From the NCBI GenBank assembly GCA_021818475.1, contig JAKADZ010000002.1:64536-128535 (forward strand): a stretch of DNA of 64,000 bases, given 5' to 3'. The notes below the pieces were generated by a model, which saw only the letters and a program-made list of their open reading frames with translations, did no database searches and was not told where the DNA came from. Each line of letters starts with the position of its first letter. The stretch's first letter is position 1. Of the stretch, positions 45,165 through 54,652 are shown in pieces. Made by a program: the position numbers and the translations under genes. The stretch comes from Nanobdellota archaeon (GTDB lineage: Archaea; Nanobdellota; Nanobdellia; Pacearchaeales; GW2011-AR1).

Positions 45165-45236
45165 TGAGCCCACGAGGAATTGAACCCCGATCAACCGGTC
45201 CGAAGCCGATTGTTCTATCCGTTAAACTATGGGCCC
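45165..45236 (-). tRNA. tRNA-Arg (anticodon UCG)
   Basis: Manual fold, 72 nt: acceptor GGGCCCA/UGGGCUC, D arm GUUU-AACGGAUA-GAAC, anticodon arm AUCGG-CUUCGGA-CCGGU, variable UGAU, T arm CGGGG-UUCAAUU-CCUCG, discriminator A. CCA is not encoded. Confidence 0.9.
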
Positions 45237-45286
45237 ATAAAAAGTAGAGGAATAAGGTTTTTATATGTTATTTGCATACTAAAAAA

Positions 45287-46150
45287 ATGGCATTAAAGAG
45301 GCATCACAAAATAATTATCGGTGGAGTCAGTTTTTTGGTAATTTTATTCATGATAACGAGCACTCTTTTTATGTATATGATTTTTACTAAACAAACAACA
45401 GATTATAATGAATTAAATCAAAAAATAATAAATCTCCAGACTGATACTCAGACAAAATTCAACAGTGTCTCAGATAATTTAAGAAGCCTCGAAAATCAGT
45501 CTCAATACCTCGGTTCACAGTTTGGTTCATTGGATACAGAAATGACAAAGTTAAAAGCTTCCACAAGTTCAGATTTCTCTGGGATAATAGACAATGCAGT
45601 TAAATCTGTAGTCACAATAAAAACTGATTTAGGCCAGGGTTCTGGTTTTGTAATTGCCAATGGAGGTTATGTTGTTACAAATGAACATGTTATGGAAGGG
45701 GCAACAGCTGCAGTGATAATAACTTATGATGGGAAACAGCACCGTGTTGCAATAATCAATGATGATCCAACAATGGATATTGCATTATTAAAAATGGATG
45801 ATACTAGTTATCCTTCCTTAGAATTAGGAGATTCTGATACAGTTCAGGTAGGGGAAAAAGTAATTGCGATAGGAAATCCTCTTGGGCTGCAATTCTCTGT
45901 ATCTGAAGGAATAGTTTCTGCAGTTCATAGAGAAGGAGAAAACCAATTGGATGCATATATCCAGACTGATGCATCGCTAAATCCTGGAAATTCCGGTGGT
46001 CCGTTGATAGATGTAAATGGCAAAGTGATAGGTATAAATAACTTCAAATTAAGCAATAGCGAGAATATAGGATTTGCGCTCGAATCAAATTATATTAAAA
46101 GTACGGTTAATAATCTTGCACAGAAATCCTTGGGACAAACATTAATATAA
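45287..46150 (+). CDS. membrane-anchored trypsin-like serine protease (HtrA/S1C-like, no obvious PDZ)
   Basis: ATG at 45287; the track ORF starts at TTG 45272. N-terminal TM. GSGFVIANGGYVVTNEHV (His), DIALLK (Asp), GNSGGPL (Ser). Confidence 0.85.
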   Translation: MALKRHHKIIIGGVSFLVILFMITSTLFMYMIFTKQTTDYNELNQKIINLQTDTQTKFNSVSDNLRSLENQSQYLGSQFGSLDTEMTKLKASTSSDFSGIIDNAVKSVVTIKTDLGQGSGFVIANGGYVVTNEHVMEGATAAVIITYDGKQHRVAIINDDPTMDIALLKMDDTSYPSLELGDSDTVQVGEKVIAIGNPLGLQFSVSEGIVSAVHREGENQLDAYIQTDASLNPGNSGGPLIDVNGKVIGINNFKLSNSENIGFALESNYIKSTVNNLAQKSLGQTLI

Positions 46151-46186
46151 ATTCTTATAAACTCTGAAATTTTAAATAATAGTCTG

Positions 46187-47161
46187 ATGGAATTGGAAAA
46201 AACAATTTTAGATCCAGAAAAAGGATTTGGTTTGGTTCTTTCTGGTGGAGGAGCCTGGGGGGCATATGAAGCAGGAGTAATAAAATGCCTTGACGAAGCA
46301 GGAATAAAATTTGAAGTAATATCAGGAACTTCTGCGGGTTCTCTGAATGCAGCTTTGACTGCAGCAGGAAAAATCCCAGATATGATAAGAATTTGGGAAA
46401 CTATCTCACCAAATAAAGTTTTAAAATTTACCCCTAAAAATTTAATGCATGGGGCAATAATGGATAATACTCCCCTGGAAAAACTTATCAGGGAAGAGAT
46501 TAAAAAAGAGGATGCAGACAAAATCATAAATTCCCCTACAAGATTAGTCATTGTCTCATCATGCCTGCAGGATAAAAAAGAAATAACTGAAACTGATTTT
46601 AAAAATTATGAGCAGATTGTGGAATCGCTGCTTTCATCATGCACAATTCCGCTTACATTTAAGCCAAGGGAATATCACAGTCAGGGAAGTGTAGTCCAGC
46701 GTGTCGATGGAGGGATAATTAATAATTTTCCTCTGGATGAAGCGATACAGAACAGCAGGTGCAAAAACTTTTTTTCTGTCTCATTATTTCCTCACAATTT
46801 ACAGCAGGGAGCGGATTATCATTATAATGATTTTCTCCATATAGGTATGAGAACCCTGGAAATAATGTTTACCAATTCTTATTTAAGGGAAATTTCAGAT
46901 GTAAAAGAAAAAATAAACCTTGCATATAAGTTAAAAGAAATAATTGAACCTGGAATTTTTAGGGGAAAGAAAAAAAGAAAAAAAGCAGATGAATTATACA
47001 GGCAATACGAAAGATATGATGACATGCAGATAGTTGAAATTAATCCCGTGGAAGAATTTCCTGGAGGGGTTTTGGATTTTATGTCTGAAAAAACAAAAAA
47101 GATGATGAATCAGGGTTATGAAGATGCATTAAAGACTCTGGAAAGAGTAAAAATAGTTTAA
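46187..47161 (+). CDS. patatin-like phospholipase
   Basis: 324 aa. SGGGAWGAYEAG oxyanion loop, GTSAG nucleophile elbow and VDGG (Asp of the dyad). Confidence 0.85.
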   Translation: MELEKTILDPEKGFGLVLSGGGAWGAYEAGVIKCLDEAGIKFEVISGTSAGSLNAALTAAGKIPDMIRIWETISPNKVLKFTPKNLMHGAIMDNTPLEKLIREEIKKEDADKIINSPTRLVIVSSCLQDKKEITETDFKNYEQIVESLLSSCTIPLTFKPREYHSQGSVVQRVDGGIINNFPLDEAIQNSRCKNFFSVSLFPHNLQQGADYHYNDFLHIGMRTLEIMFTNSYLREISDVKEKINLAYKLKEIIEPGIFRGKKKRKKADELYRQYERYDDMQIVEINPVEEFPGGVLDFMSEKTKKMMNQGYEDALKTLERVKIV

Positions 47162-47167
47162 CAGTAA

Positions 47168-47180
47168 TTTTAAATATATA
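47168..47180 (+). promoter_or_regulatory. TATA-box-like element upstream of proS
   Basis: ttttaaatatata lies 17-29 nt upstream of the ATG at 47197. Confidence 0.4.
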
Positions 47181-47196
47181 ATTTCTATAAAATAAT

Positions 47197-48639
47197 ATGG
47201 AAAAATCTCAGGAAGGATTAACTGTAAAGAAAGATGAAAATTTCAGTGAATGGTATACGCAATTGATAGAAAAAGCAGAGCTAGCTGATCTAAGGTATAA
47301 CATTAAAGGATTCTTAGTATTCCAACCTTGGTCTGTACTTTCTATGGAGAAGATGTTTTCTTCAATGGAAAAAGTTTTACAAAGAAAGGGGCATTCTCCT
47401 TATTTCTTTCCAACACTAATTCCAGAAAATAATTTAAAAAAAGAGAGTTCACACATTAAAGGATTCACACCCGAAGTATTTTGGGTAACTCAGGGAGGGG
47501 ATAATGTTCTTGAAGAAAAATTTGCTTTAAGACCCACAAGTGAAACTGCATTTTATCAAATGTTTTCTTTGTGGATTAGAAGTTATAAAGAATTACCATT
47601 TAAAACTTATCAAAGAGCAAATATATTTAGACATGAAACAAAAGCAACACGTCCATTTTTAAGAAGTAGAGAATTTCATTGGATTGAAACACATTGTGCT
47701 CATGCTTCAAAAGAAGATGCAATGTCTCAAGTGAAAGAAGATATGGAAACCACAAAAGAAGTTTTACATGATATTTTTGGATTACCTTTTATGTTTTTTG
47801 AAAGACCTTCTTGGGATAAATTTCCTGGAGCAGAAAAAACTTTTGCAGCAGATGTTTTAAATCCAGACGGGAAAGTTGTTCAGCAACCCTCAACTCATAT
47901 TTTAAAACAAGAATTTCCAAGAGCGTTTGGAGTAACATTTAAAGATAAAAATGGAGAAGAAAAAACAGTTTGGACAACCTGTTATGGTCCAGCGATATCA
48001 AGAATATTCGCAAGTGTGATGATTGTTCATGGAGATGACAAGGGATTAAAATTTCCTTGGGATATTGCTCCATTGCAAGTTGTAATTATCCCAATAAATG
48101 AAGAAGTAAAACAAAAAGCGGAAAAATTAAAATTAGAAATAGAAAAATTCGCTTCTGTAAAAATTGACTATTCAGATAAGCGCCCAGGAGAAAAATTCAA
48201 TTATTGGGAAATGAAAGGGGTTCCAATAAGAATAGATTTAGGATTGAAAGATTTGGAAAATAAAAAAATAACTGTATTTAGAAGAGACTTAGATAAAAAA
48301 GAAGTTGTTAGTGAATCCGAACTTATTAAAAAAATAAAAAAAATTTCAGAAGAAATAACAAAAAATTTAACAAAGAAAGCAGATAATCTTTTCAATAATA
48401 AAATAAAAGATGCAAAAAATATTAAAGAAATTAAAAAAATAATAGAGGAGGGAGGAATTGCAAGATGCAATTTTTGCTCTGTAGAAAAAGAGGGAGAAAA
48501 ATGTGCAGAAATAATCGAAAAAGAAACAGGAGCCCAAGTGAGGGGAACAAAATTAGATGAAAAACAAAAACCAAACGGAAAATGTGCAATATGTGGAAAA
48601 CCTGCTCATAACATAGTTTATATTGCTAAATCATATTAA
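47197..48639 (+). CDS. proS: proline--tRNA ligase (archaeal/eukaryotic type)
   Basis: 480 aa. FSEWYTQLIEKAEL start, motif 2 IFRHETKATRPFLRSREF, class IIa anticodon-binding domain (APLQVVIIPI) and a C-terminal Cys cluster ending ...YIAKSY. Confidence 0.92.
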   Translation: MEKSQEGLTVKKDENFSEWYTQLIEKAELADLRYNIKGFLVFQPWSVLSMEKMFSSMEKVLQRKGHSPYFFPTLIPENNLKKESSHIKGFTPEVFWVTQGGDNVLEEKFALRPTSETAFYQMFSLWIRSYKELPFKTYQRANIFRHETKATRPFLRSREFHWIETHCAHASKEDAMSQVKEDMETTKEVLHDIFGLPFMFFERPSWDKFPGAEKTFAADVLNPDGKVVQQPSTHILKQEFPRAFGVTFKDKNGEEKTVWTTCYGPAISRIFASVMIVHGDDKGLKFPWDIAPLQVVIIPINEEVKQKAEKLKLEIEKFASVKIDYSDKRPGEKFNYWEMKGVPIRIDLGLKDLENKKITVFRRDLDKKEVVSESELIKKIKKISEEITKNLTKKADNLFNNKIKDAKNIKEIKKIIEEGGIARCNFCSVEKEGEKCAEIIEKETGAQVRGTKLDEKQKPNGKCAICGKPAHNIVYIAKSY

Positions 48640-48727
48640 TTAGAGGGGGAGGTAGTTTAAGATAAAACATATATCATGGAGATATAAAATCTAGAATCAT
48701 TTCCTAGCCTCCCCATAATTAAAAAAA

Positions 48728-50164
48728 ATGACTTTCCAACTTAATCCAACAATATCATTAATTTTTTTGGGTTCACTTACCCTAATAACAGTAGGGTTAA
48801 TTCTTTTACTTTCTAAAAAATATAAAAATAATTTAGACAACTTTTTAGTTTCAGGAAGAAATATTAGTGGGGTTACGGGTGCATTTTCCGTTGCAGTAAC
48901 ATGGGTCTGGGCTCCAGCATTGTTAGTTTCTTCACAACAAGCATTTGAGAAAGGGCTACCTGGAGCTTTTTGGTTCATAATTCCTAACACATTAGCTTTA
49001 ATCTTAATTGGAACACTTATTAGTAAATTAAAAAAAAGGATGCCTAAAGGATTTACCCTTCCTCAATTTATAAAAGAGAATTTAGGGAAAAAGAATCATA
49101 TTTTATACATTAGCATCATATTGTTAGTACAAATATACTCAATTATTATTCATCTAACTGCAATATTATTAATCTTGTCTCCTCTATTAAATATAAGTAA
49201 AACAAGTATAATGATAATTCTTGCAATGATATTTTTATTGCTTGCATCAATAAGGGGAATTAGGTCTTCTTTCTTTTCAGATTGGGTTAAATTTATTTTT
49301 ATATTTATTATCGTTTTATTTATAGTTCCCTTAACCATCTACTTATCAGGAGGATTATCATCTATCTTAGGGGGAATAGGAGGAACAAGTGGAAAATTTA
49401 CAAATATTTTTGATTGGAGTGTATTCTTAACATTTGGAATTGCAATTAGTATTTCATTATTATCAGGGGCAACAATTGACCAACAATTATGGCAAAGAGC
49501 ATTTTCTATAAAAGAGGGGAAAGAAAAAAAAGCGTTTTACATTGGAGCAATTCTTTTCTTTTTAATCCCCTTACTTTTATCTTTATTAGGGTTTATTGCA
49601 GCAAACAAAACTTTAAATTTATCTATTTTAAATAGCCAATTAGCAGGATATGATGTAATCTTAAATTATCTTCCAAATGTACTAATATTAATTTTTATAT
49701 CTTCCTTAATGATAAGTTTATTTGCTGCGGGAGCTTCAGCATTATGTGCAGCGAGTTCTGTTTTCACCATAGACATTTATTCAACATATATTAATTCAAA
49801 AGCGTCAGAAAAGAAAAAATTATTTGTTGGTAGAAGTTCTATGATCTTAATACTTCTTCTTGGGATGATGATTGCATTTATTCCAAATATTCAAATTGTG
49901 TACTTAGTTCTATTAATAGGTTCTATACGAGGAGCATTGCTTATTCCAACTATTGTTGCCATTTATAAAGAAAAAATCTCAAGCAAATATTTTTTTATAA
50001 GTTCAGTTTTAGGAATCTTATTTGGATTACCCTTATTCATTTTAGGGACAATTGTCAAAAATCCAATTTTATCCAGCATTGGTGCTCTCCTTTCAGTAGG
50101 GATTAGCTCGATAATAATATTAATTTCTTTAAAATTAAAAAAATATTCAAATAAATATGGTTAA
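48728..50164 (+). CDS. sodium:solute symporter family transporter
   Basis: 478 aa, about 13 TM. FLVSGRNISGVTGAFSVAVTWVWAPALLVSSQQAFEKGLPGAFWF is typical of the SSS family N-terminal region. Substrate unknown. Confidence 0.8.
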   Translation: MTFQLNPTISLIFLGSLTLITVGLILLLSKKYKNNLDNFLVSGRNISGVTGAFSVAVTWVWAPALLVSSQQAFEKGLPGAFWFIIPNTLALILIGTLISKLKKRMPKGFTLPQFIKENLGKKNHILYISIILLVQIYSIIIHLTAILLILSPLLNISKTSIMIILAMIFLLLASIRGIRSSFFSDWVKFIFIFIIVLFIVPLTIYLSGGLSSILGGIGGTSGKFTNIFDWSVFLTFGIAISISLLSGATIDQQLWQRAFSIKEGKEKKAFYIGAILFFLIPLLLSLLGFIAANKTLNLSILNSQLAGYDVILNYLPNVLILIFISSLMISLFAAGASALCAASSVFTIDIYSTYINSKASEKKKLFVGRSSMILILLLGMMIAFIPNIQIVYLVLLIGSIRGALLIPTIVAIYKEKISSKYFFISSVLGILFGLPLFILGTIVKNPILSSIGALLSVGISSIIILISLKLKKYSNKYG

Positions 50165-51533
50165 TTATTCCACATTTTTAAAATTATTAAAGGAAGCGGG
50201 AATATTGGATTATACCTATCCAGTAAGGGGAGATATTGTTTGGTTACCTTATGGAGTCAAATTAATGCAATTATTTAAAGAAAATATAATCTCTTTAATA
50301 GAAAAAGAAGGGTATGAAGGATACGACTTCCCAATTCTCATGCAAGGAAACTATTTAAGACAAGTAAGTAAAAAGGTTAGTAATTTTTTAGATAATGTTT
50401 TTTGGATAAAAGATAAAGATTTATTTATTAAACCAACAGGAGAATATTCAATATACCCTATGTTCCATAGATGGATTAAAACTCAAAAAGATTTACCCCT
50501 CCGGATATATCAAATAGGATCTTTTTTTAGGCCAATTAAAAATTGTGATAAATTATTTAACCTTCAAGAAAGGCATTATTTTTTTGAAGGTCATGTTGCA
50601 ACAAAAAATGAAAAAGAATGTGAAGAAGAATTTAACAAAGCAAAAAAAATTAATGAGAATATTTTTAGGTTATTAGCAATCCCCGTTCTAAAATCAGAAA
50701 GACCTTTATCTACTAATAAACCGGTTTCCAAAAAGACAATAGGATATGATACATTGTTATATATAAATAAAACCTTGCAAGTAGGGGCAGTTTACCTACA
50801 GTCAGATATTCATTCGAAAATGTTTGATATAAAATTTACTGATAAAGACAATCAAAAAAAATATACCCATCAGATAACTTGGGGATCCTCAGAACGTTTA
50901 GTATTTGCTAGTCTTATGAGTACTATAATAAATGGAGAATTAAATATTATTCCAAGAATTGCTCCTTATCAGATAGTAATCATTCCTATAATAAAAAGGG
51001 GAAAATTTAAAGAAATTAACTCTTTTTGCGAAAAATTAAATAAAAAAATTATTTCTTCAGGATTCAGAAGTTATATAGACTATTCAGATATACCTATCGG
51101 AAAAAAATTTCATGAATGGGGGGTAAAAGGAATTCCATTAAGAATCGATATTGGAGAAAAAGAGATTAAAGAAAAAAAGTTTTCAATATACTCGAAATAT
51201 CTAGAAGTTAAGGAAAAGTATTCATTTAATGAATTATCTTCCTCAAGAATAAACCAATTCTTAAATAAGATAGAAGAAAATATGATCAAAACAAATGAAG
51301 AAAATTTTAAAAAAAAGATAAAAACTATACAATCCATTAAAGGAATAAAAGAGAAACAGAAGGATTATCCTATTTTAAAATTTCCATTAGATTATGATAA
51401 CTCTTTAGTTAAGGAGATTGAAAAAGATTATTCTGGAGAGATACTAGGTTTTGAAAAAAATATTTCAGAAGAGAAATGCATTTTTACGGGTAAATTAACC
51501 AATTATTTAGTTTATTTTTCTAGAAGAATATAA
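50157..51533 (+). CDS. divergent ProRS paralog (class IIa aaRS-like, degenerate catalytic motifs)
   Basis: 458 aa, collinear with ProRS: WLPYGVKLMQLF, IKPTGEYSIYPMF, LPLRIYQIGSFFRP, ITWGSSERLVF, APYQIVIIPI. It lacks the motif-2 Glu, the C-terminal Cys cluster and the terminal Tyr. Its start overlaps the transporter stop by 8 nt. Confidence 0.7.
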   Translation: MVNYSTFLKLLKEAGILDYTYPVRGDIVWLPYGVKLMQLFKENIISLIEKEGYEGYDFPILMQGNYLRQVSKKVSNFLDNVFWIKDKDLFIKPTGEYSIYPMFHRWIKTQKDLPLRIYQIGSFFRPIKNCDKLFNLQERHYFFEGHVATKNEKECEEEFNKAKKINENIFRLLAIPVLKSERPLSTNKPVSKKTIGYDTLLYINKTLQVGAVYLQSDIHSKMFDIKFTDKDNQKKYTHQITWGSSERLVFASLMSTIINGELNIIPRIAPYQIVIIPIIKRGKFKEINSFCEKLNKKIISSGFRSYIDYSDIPIGKKFHEWGVKGIPLRIDIGEKEIKEKKFSIYSKYLEVKEKYSFNELSSSRINQFLNKIEENMIKTNEENFKKKIKTIQSIKGIKEKQKDYPILKFPLDYDNSLVKEIEKDYSGEILGFEKNISEEKCIFTGKLTNYLVYFSRRI

Positions 51534-51661
51534 ACAGTCCGGTCAAGGAAAAGAAATGCGTTGTTTGCGGAAAACAGGCAGATTATTGGGGGTATGTGGG
51601 GAAAACCTACTAAAGAGGAATAATAAGCAAGATTTATAAATAAATTCTAAAGAATAAAAAT

Positions 51662-52627
51662 ATGAAGTTGTATCAAAAATTAGCCGCAGGAGTATTATCA
51701 TTAGCAATGATGTATCAAACTGGTTGCGGACTTTCTGAACGGGCAAAGGAAGATGAAGCAAAATTTAGAAGAGAAGAGTCTGCAATTGTTAAAATGATTG
51801 AAAATGAAAGCCCCTTCTCACAAACTCCTGTTGAAGCTCCTTATAAGAAAGAAGAAAGTAAAAAATGGTATGAGAATGAAGAACATTATCCATTTATAAT
51901 CAATCAAAAAGGAGATGTAATCTATACAAAAGCAGAAGGGCCATTTTCTCCTAATAGTTTATATCTTGCTTCCAAGGGGGAAGAAAAAAATTCTCGAGAA
52001 ATTGCAAAAGATGTTAGCATACTAAAGAATTATCTCTATTCAACAAATTTTAGAGATAAAGAAAATCCGGATATATACTGGTTTACTGATTCCCCATTTT
52101 TAAAGAATGTCAAGTTAATGTATTTAAAAAATGAAGAAGGAACTTTTGTTCAAAAAGGTCCTTTACTTTCTGCAGGAGATTATTTTAGCAGAGGAGGAGA
52201 TGCAGATTACTTAGATTTAGGAGACATAAATGGAGACGGAAGATTAGACCTAGTTTATAATGATTTTATAAAAGTAGGGAATAGAAAAATGAATGTAATA
52301 AGTGCTTTAATAGGAAAAGAAGACGGAGGATTTGATAAAAAAATTCTTTATTATCTAGGAGAGAAAAAACTTGAAGGATTGATTGCAAGAGATGTCGATA
52401 ATGACGGGGACTCAGATTTAATTTTTAAATTGGAAGGAGATGACAATCATCTTTTCGGTTTGGAAAATCAAACTAAAAAAAATAATTCTCCATTAGTTTT
52501 TCAAGATGGATTTAGGGAAAAAATTGAAAGCGGAAATAATACCGTAAATATAGCTGCTATAACGGTACTGTTTAATACAATCCGTATAATGAACACGGTT
52601 TATATGACTACACATATTGGAAGATAA
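51662..52627 (+). CDS. putative lipoprotein with FG-GAP/VCBS-like repeats
   Basis: 321 aa. Signal peptide ending LAMMYQTGC. DLGDINGDGRLDLVYND and ARDVDNDGDSDLIFK are Ca-binding FG-GAP-like repeats. Confidence 0.65.
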   Translation: MKLYQKLAAGVLSLAMMYQTGCGLSERAKEDEAKFRREESAIVKMIENESPFSQTPVEAPYKKEESKKWYENEEHYPFIINQKGDVIYTKAEGPFSPNSLYLASKGEEKNSREIAKDVSILKNYLYSTNFRDKENPDIYWFTDSPFLKNVKLMYLKNEEGTFVQKGPLLSAGDYFSRGGDADYLDLGDINGDGRLDLVYNDFIKVGNRKMNVISALIGKEDGGFDKKILYYLGEKKLEGLIARDVDNDGDSDLIFKLEGDDNHLFGLENQTKKNNSPLVFQDGFREKIESGNNTVNIAAITVLFNTIRIMNTVYMTTHIGR

Positions 52628-52699
52628 ATTTTAGAAGTTATTTATTTCTAGAAAACATATTAGAAATTTCTCAATAGGAGAAGCTTACTCTAAGAAAAG

Positions 52700-52825
52700 C
52701 TATTCTGCTATTAAGTTCAATTCGTCTTCTAGTCTAAGAGTCATTGCCATAATCCGGCTTAACTCCTGTTCCAGAACCTCTTTTTCAGGGTTGTATTCTC
52801 TTTTTTCTAATTTATTTTTTTCCAT
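52700..52825 (-). CDS. possible small ORF (41 aa, MEKNKLEKREYNPEKEVLEQELSRIMAMTLRLEDELNLIAE)
   Basis: Manual translation only, in an otherwise empty 900-bp gap. Confidence 0.2.
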   Translation of the reverse strand: MEKNKLEKREYNPEKEVLEQELSRIMAMTLRLEDELNLIAE

Positions 52826-53170
52826 TTTGATTTATCAGGTTTCTTGTCTAAATTGGAAGCAGAAAAACTCAATCAATTCAGGCAGGAAAAACACTGAATT
52901 AATATGAGGGTTTAATTGAAGTGTAAACTATAATACACAAATTACTCTTCATAAAGTTTGTATTATTTTTCACTTGCATAAAAAAGAAAACAAAAGTTTC
53001 TTTTTATAGTTTTCGTAGTTGAAATCTCTGCAATAAAATTTATAAAGGGGAAGGAAAATAAGGATATTATGAATGATGAAGAATACATTAATATGAGATT
53101 AAAAGAGGGGAGATAGACTGAAAAACCAGTATACAAATTAAGAGCTTCAGACTTTATCCCAATAGTTGGA

Positions 53171-53320
53171 ATGATAAATCGGATTGAAAGGCAGTATAGT
53201 GAAAAAGAGCAGCCAGGATTAGACAATGAGAAATACTTTATCAGGAATGCTGCTTTAACTGCATACAACTTTGCATTCTTAACCGGGCTCGGGGGACTTG
53301 CTGCTTTATTAGTTAAATAA
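53171..53320 (+). CDS. possible small membrane protein (49 aa; an 83-codon frame if the in-frame TAG at 53114 is read through)
   Basis: MINRIERQYSEKEQPGLDNEKYFIRNAALTAYNFAFLTGLGGLAALLVK. A repeat A-motif variant (ttatcgcctcttttt) begins 6 nt after its stop, as for other + strand genes. Confidence 0.3.
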   Translation: MINRIERQYSEKEQPGLDNEKYFIRNAALTAYNFAFLTGLGGLAALLVK

Positions 53321-53325
53321 TTACT

Positions 53326-53485
53326 TTATCGCCTCTTTTTTAAAACATATTTGCAGTTAATTCTAATTAACCAACAGATTTTTCCCTCATTAACAAATTT
53401 TCCCTCGGGGGTGGGCGAGAGTTTTCGCAATGCCAGTAAATTTTTGAATGCATTTGCGAGGGCTCGAGTTGGGCGGGAACAAGTA
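53326..53485 (+). repeat. modular intergenic repeat, copy (A-motif variant, attaacaaatttt module, long E module)
   Basis: ttatcgcctcttttt at 53326-53340. gggggtgggcgagagttttcgcaatg...tttgcgagggctcgagttgggcgggaac at 53407-53480. Confidence 0.8.
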
Positions 53486-53539
53486 AGGGTTTAAGTGGTA
53501 AATAATAAATAAATACAAACGTGGATTAAAAACAGATTA

Positions 53540-54577
53540 TTAAATTTCTTTTTCTAAATTTTCCCGGAATCTTTCCAAATCTTCAATTTTTACCTGAGCG
53601 CCGACTGCATTTTCATGTCCGCCGCCAGTCGCTCCTTCTATATCTTTGATTGATTTTAGAATAAGCTCTTTTACATTTTTTCCACGGGCAGAAATATTTG
53701 CTTTTATTCCCGTAGTATAAATTACAATAATTATTTTTTTTGGAAAAGTATAAGAAAGTTCATTGGACAAATCTGCGCTGATGCTTAAATCTCCGGAATA
53801 CTGGAATAACAAAAGTTTATTATTGTCTGCAAGAAGTTTGGCTTTATCAAATAGCTTGTCATATTTTCTTGAGATTTGCTTAAATCTGGTGTGCATTTCT
53901 CTATTTTTTCCAGTTTCTTCAAGAACTTCATAGGGCGTTTTAACTTCCTCAAAAAATTTCAGCATTTTCATTACATTAGTAATTCTATCTTTGAGCCCGA
54001 AACACATCATTTTCACAATGCGCCCAATTTGAGATTTATAATAAATGTCAAATGCCTCTTTTGATTTAATTGCAAGATCAGGATACATTTTGTAAAAGTC
54101 AGGATAAAAATCAGGAACAAATCTGTCAAATACACAGCCAAGAACTGCAATCCACATATCTTCTTTTTTATTTGCAACCTGATTGCACAAATAAGTAACG
54201 GGAGCATTCTTCTTGGGATTTTTCATGGCCGGATTATAATAATTAACAAAGTCTGGAACTTTCAGCCCATCAATTTTATGGTGGTCTATCCAGACAATAG
54301 GGATGTTAAAATTTCTTGCTTCTTCGAAGAAAGCAGAAGAAACAACTGGTTTGTCTAAAATAAAGATATAATCAGAATTAAACTCGCTGACTCTTCTGAA
54401 ATATTCTTCAGTCATTTCAGGAAAAGATTTTATAGCAACTCCCTTGCCTCGTTTAATATATCTCTGCAGCAGAAGAAAAGAACATAATCCATCAGGGTCA
54501 TTGTCAAAGAAGAAAACAGGATTTTGCGCCTTCTCAAGGTGTTCTCTGATTTCTTTAACCTGTTTTTTAGTTAACAT
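53540..54577 (-). CDS. DHH/DHHA1 phosphoesterase (second RecJ-like paralog)
   Basis: ATG at 54577 (MLTKKQVKEIREHL); the track ORF starts at TTG 54637. Motifs FFFDNDPDGLCS, WIDHHK and GGGHENAVGA. Confidence 0.8.
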   Translation of the reverse strand: MLTKKQVKEIREHLEKAQNPVFFFDNDPDGLCSFLLLQRYIKRGKGVAIKSFPEMTEEYFRRVSEFNSDYIFILDKPVVSSAFFEEARNFNIPIVWIDHHKIDGLKVPDFVNYYNPAMKNPKKNAPVTYLCNQVANKKEDMWIAVLGCVFDRFVPDFYPDFYKMYPDLAIKSKEAFDIYYKSQIGRIVKMMCFGLKDRITNVMKMLKFFEEVKTPYEVLEETGKNREMHTRFKQISRKYDKLFDKAKLLADNNKLLLFQYSGDLSISADLSNELSYTFPKKIIIVIYTTGIKANISARGKNVKELILKSIKDIEGATGGGHENAVGAQVKIEDLERFRENLEKEI

Positions 54578-54652
54578 AAGAAAAAGAGCAGGCTTTATTA
54601 TATAAGGTTTTGGAACCGAGAGATTTAAAAATATCAAGTTTTCTAAAGAAGA

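Noticed and set aside
46090-46551. 153-aa minus-strand ORF.
   Set aside because: It is antisense to the end of the protease gene and the start of the patatin gene, both of which have clear catalytic motifs.
52963-53268. 101-aa minus-strand ORF.
   Set aside because: It has a hydrophobic, low-complexity sequence with no start context. The + strand small ORF in the same place is followed by the gene-end A motif, so the + strand reading is slightly favoured.
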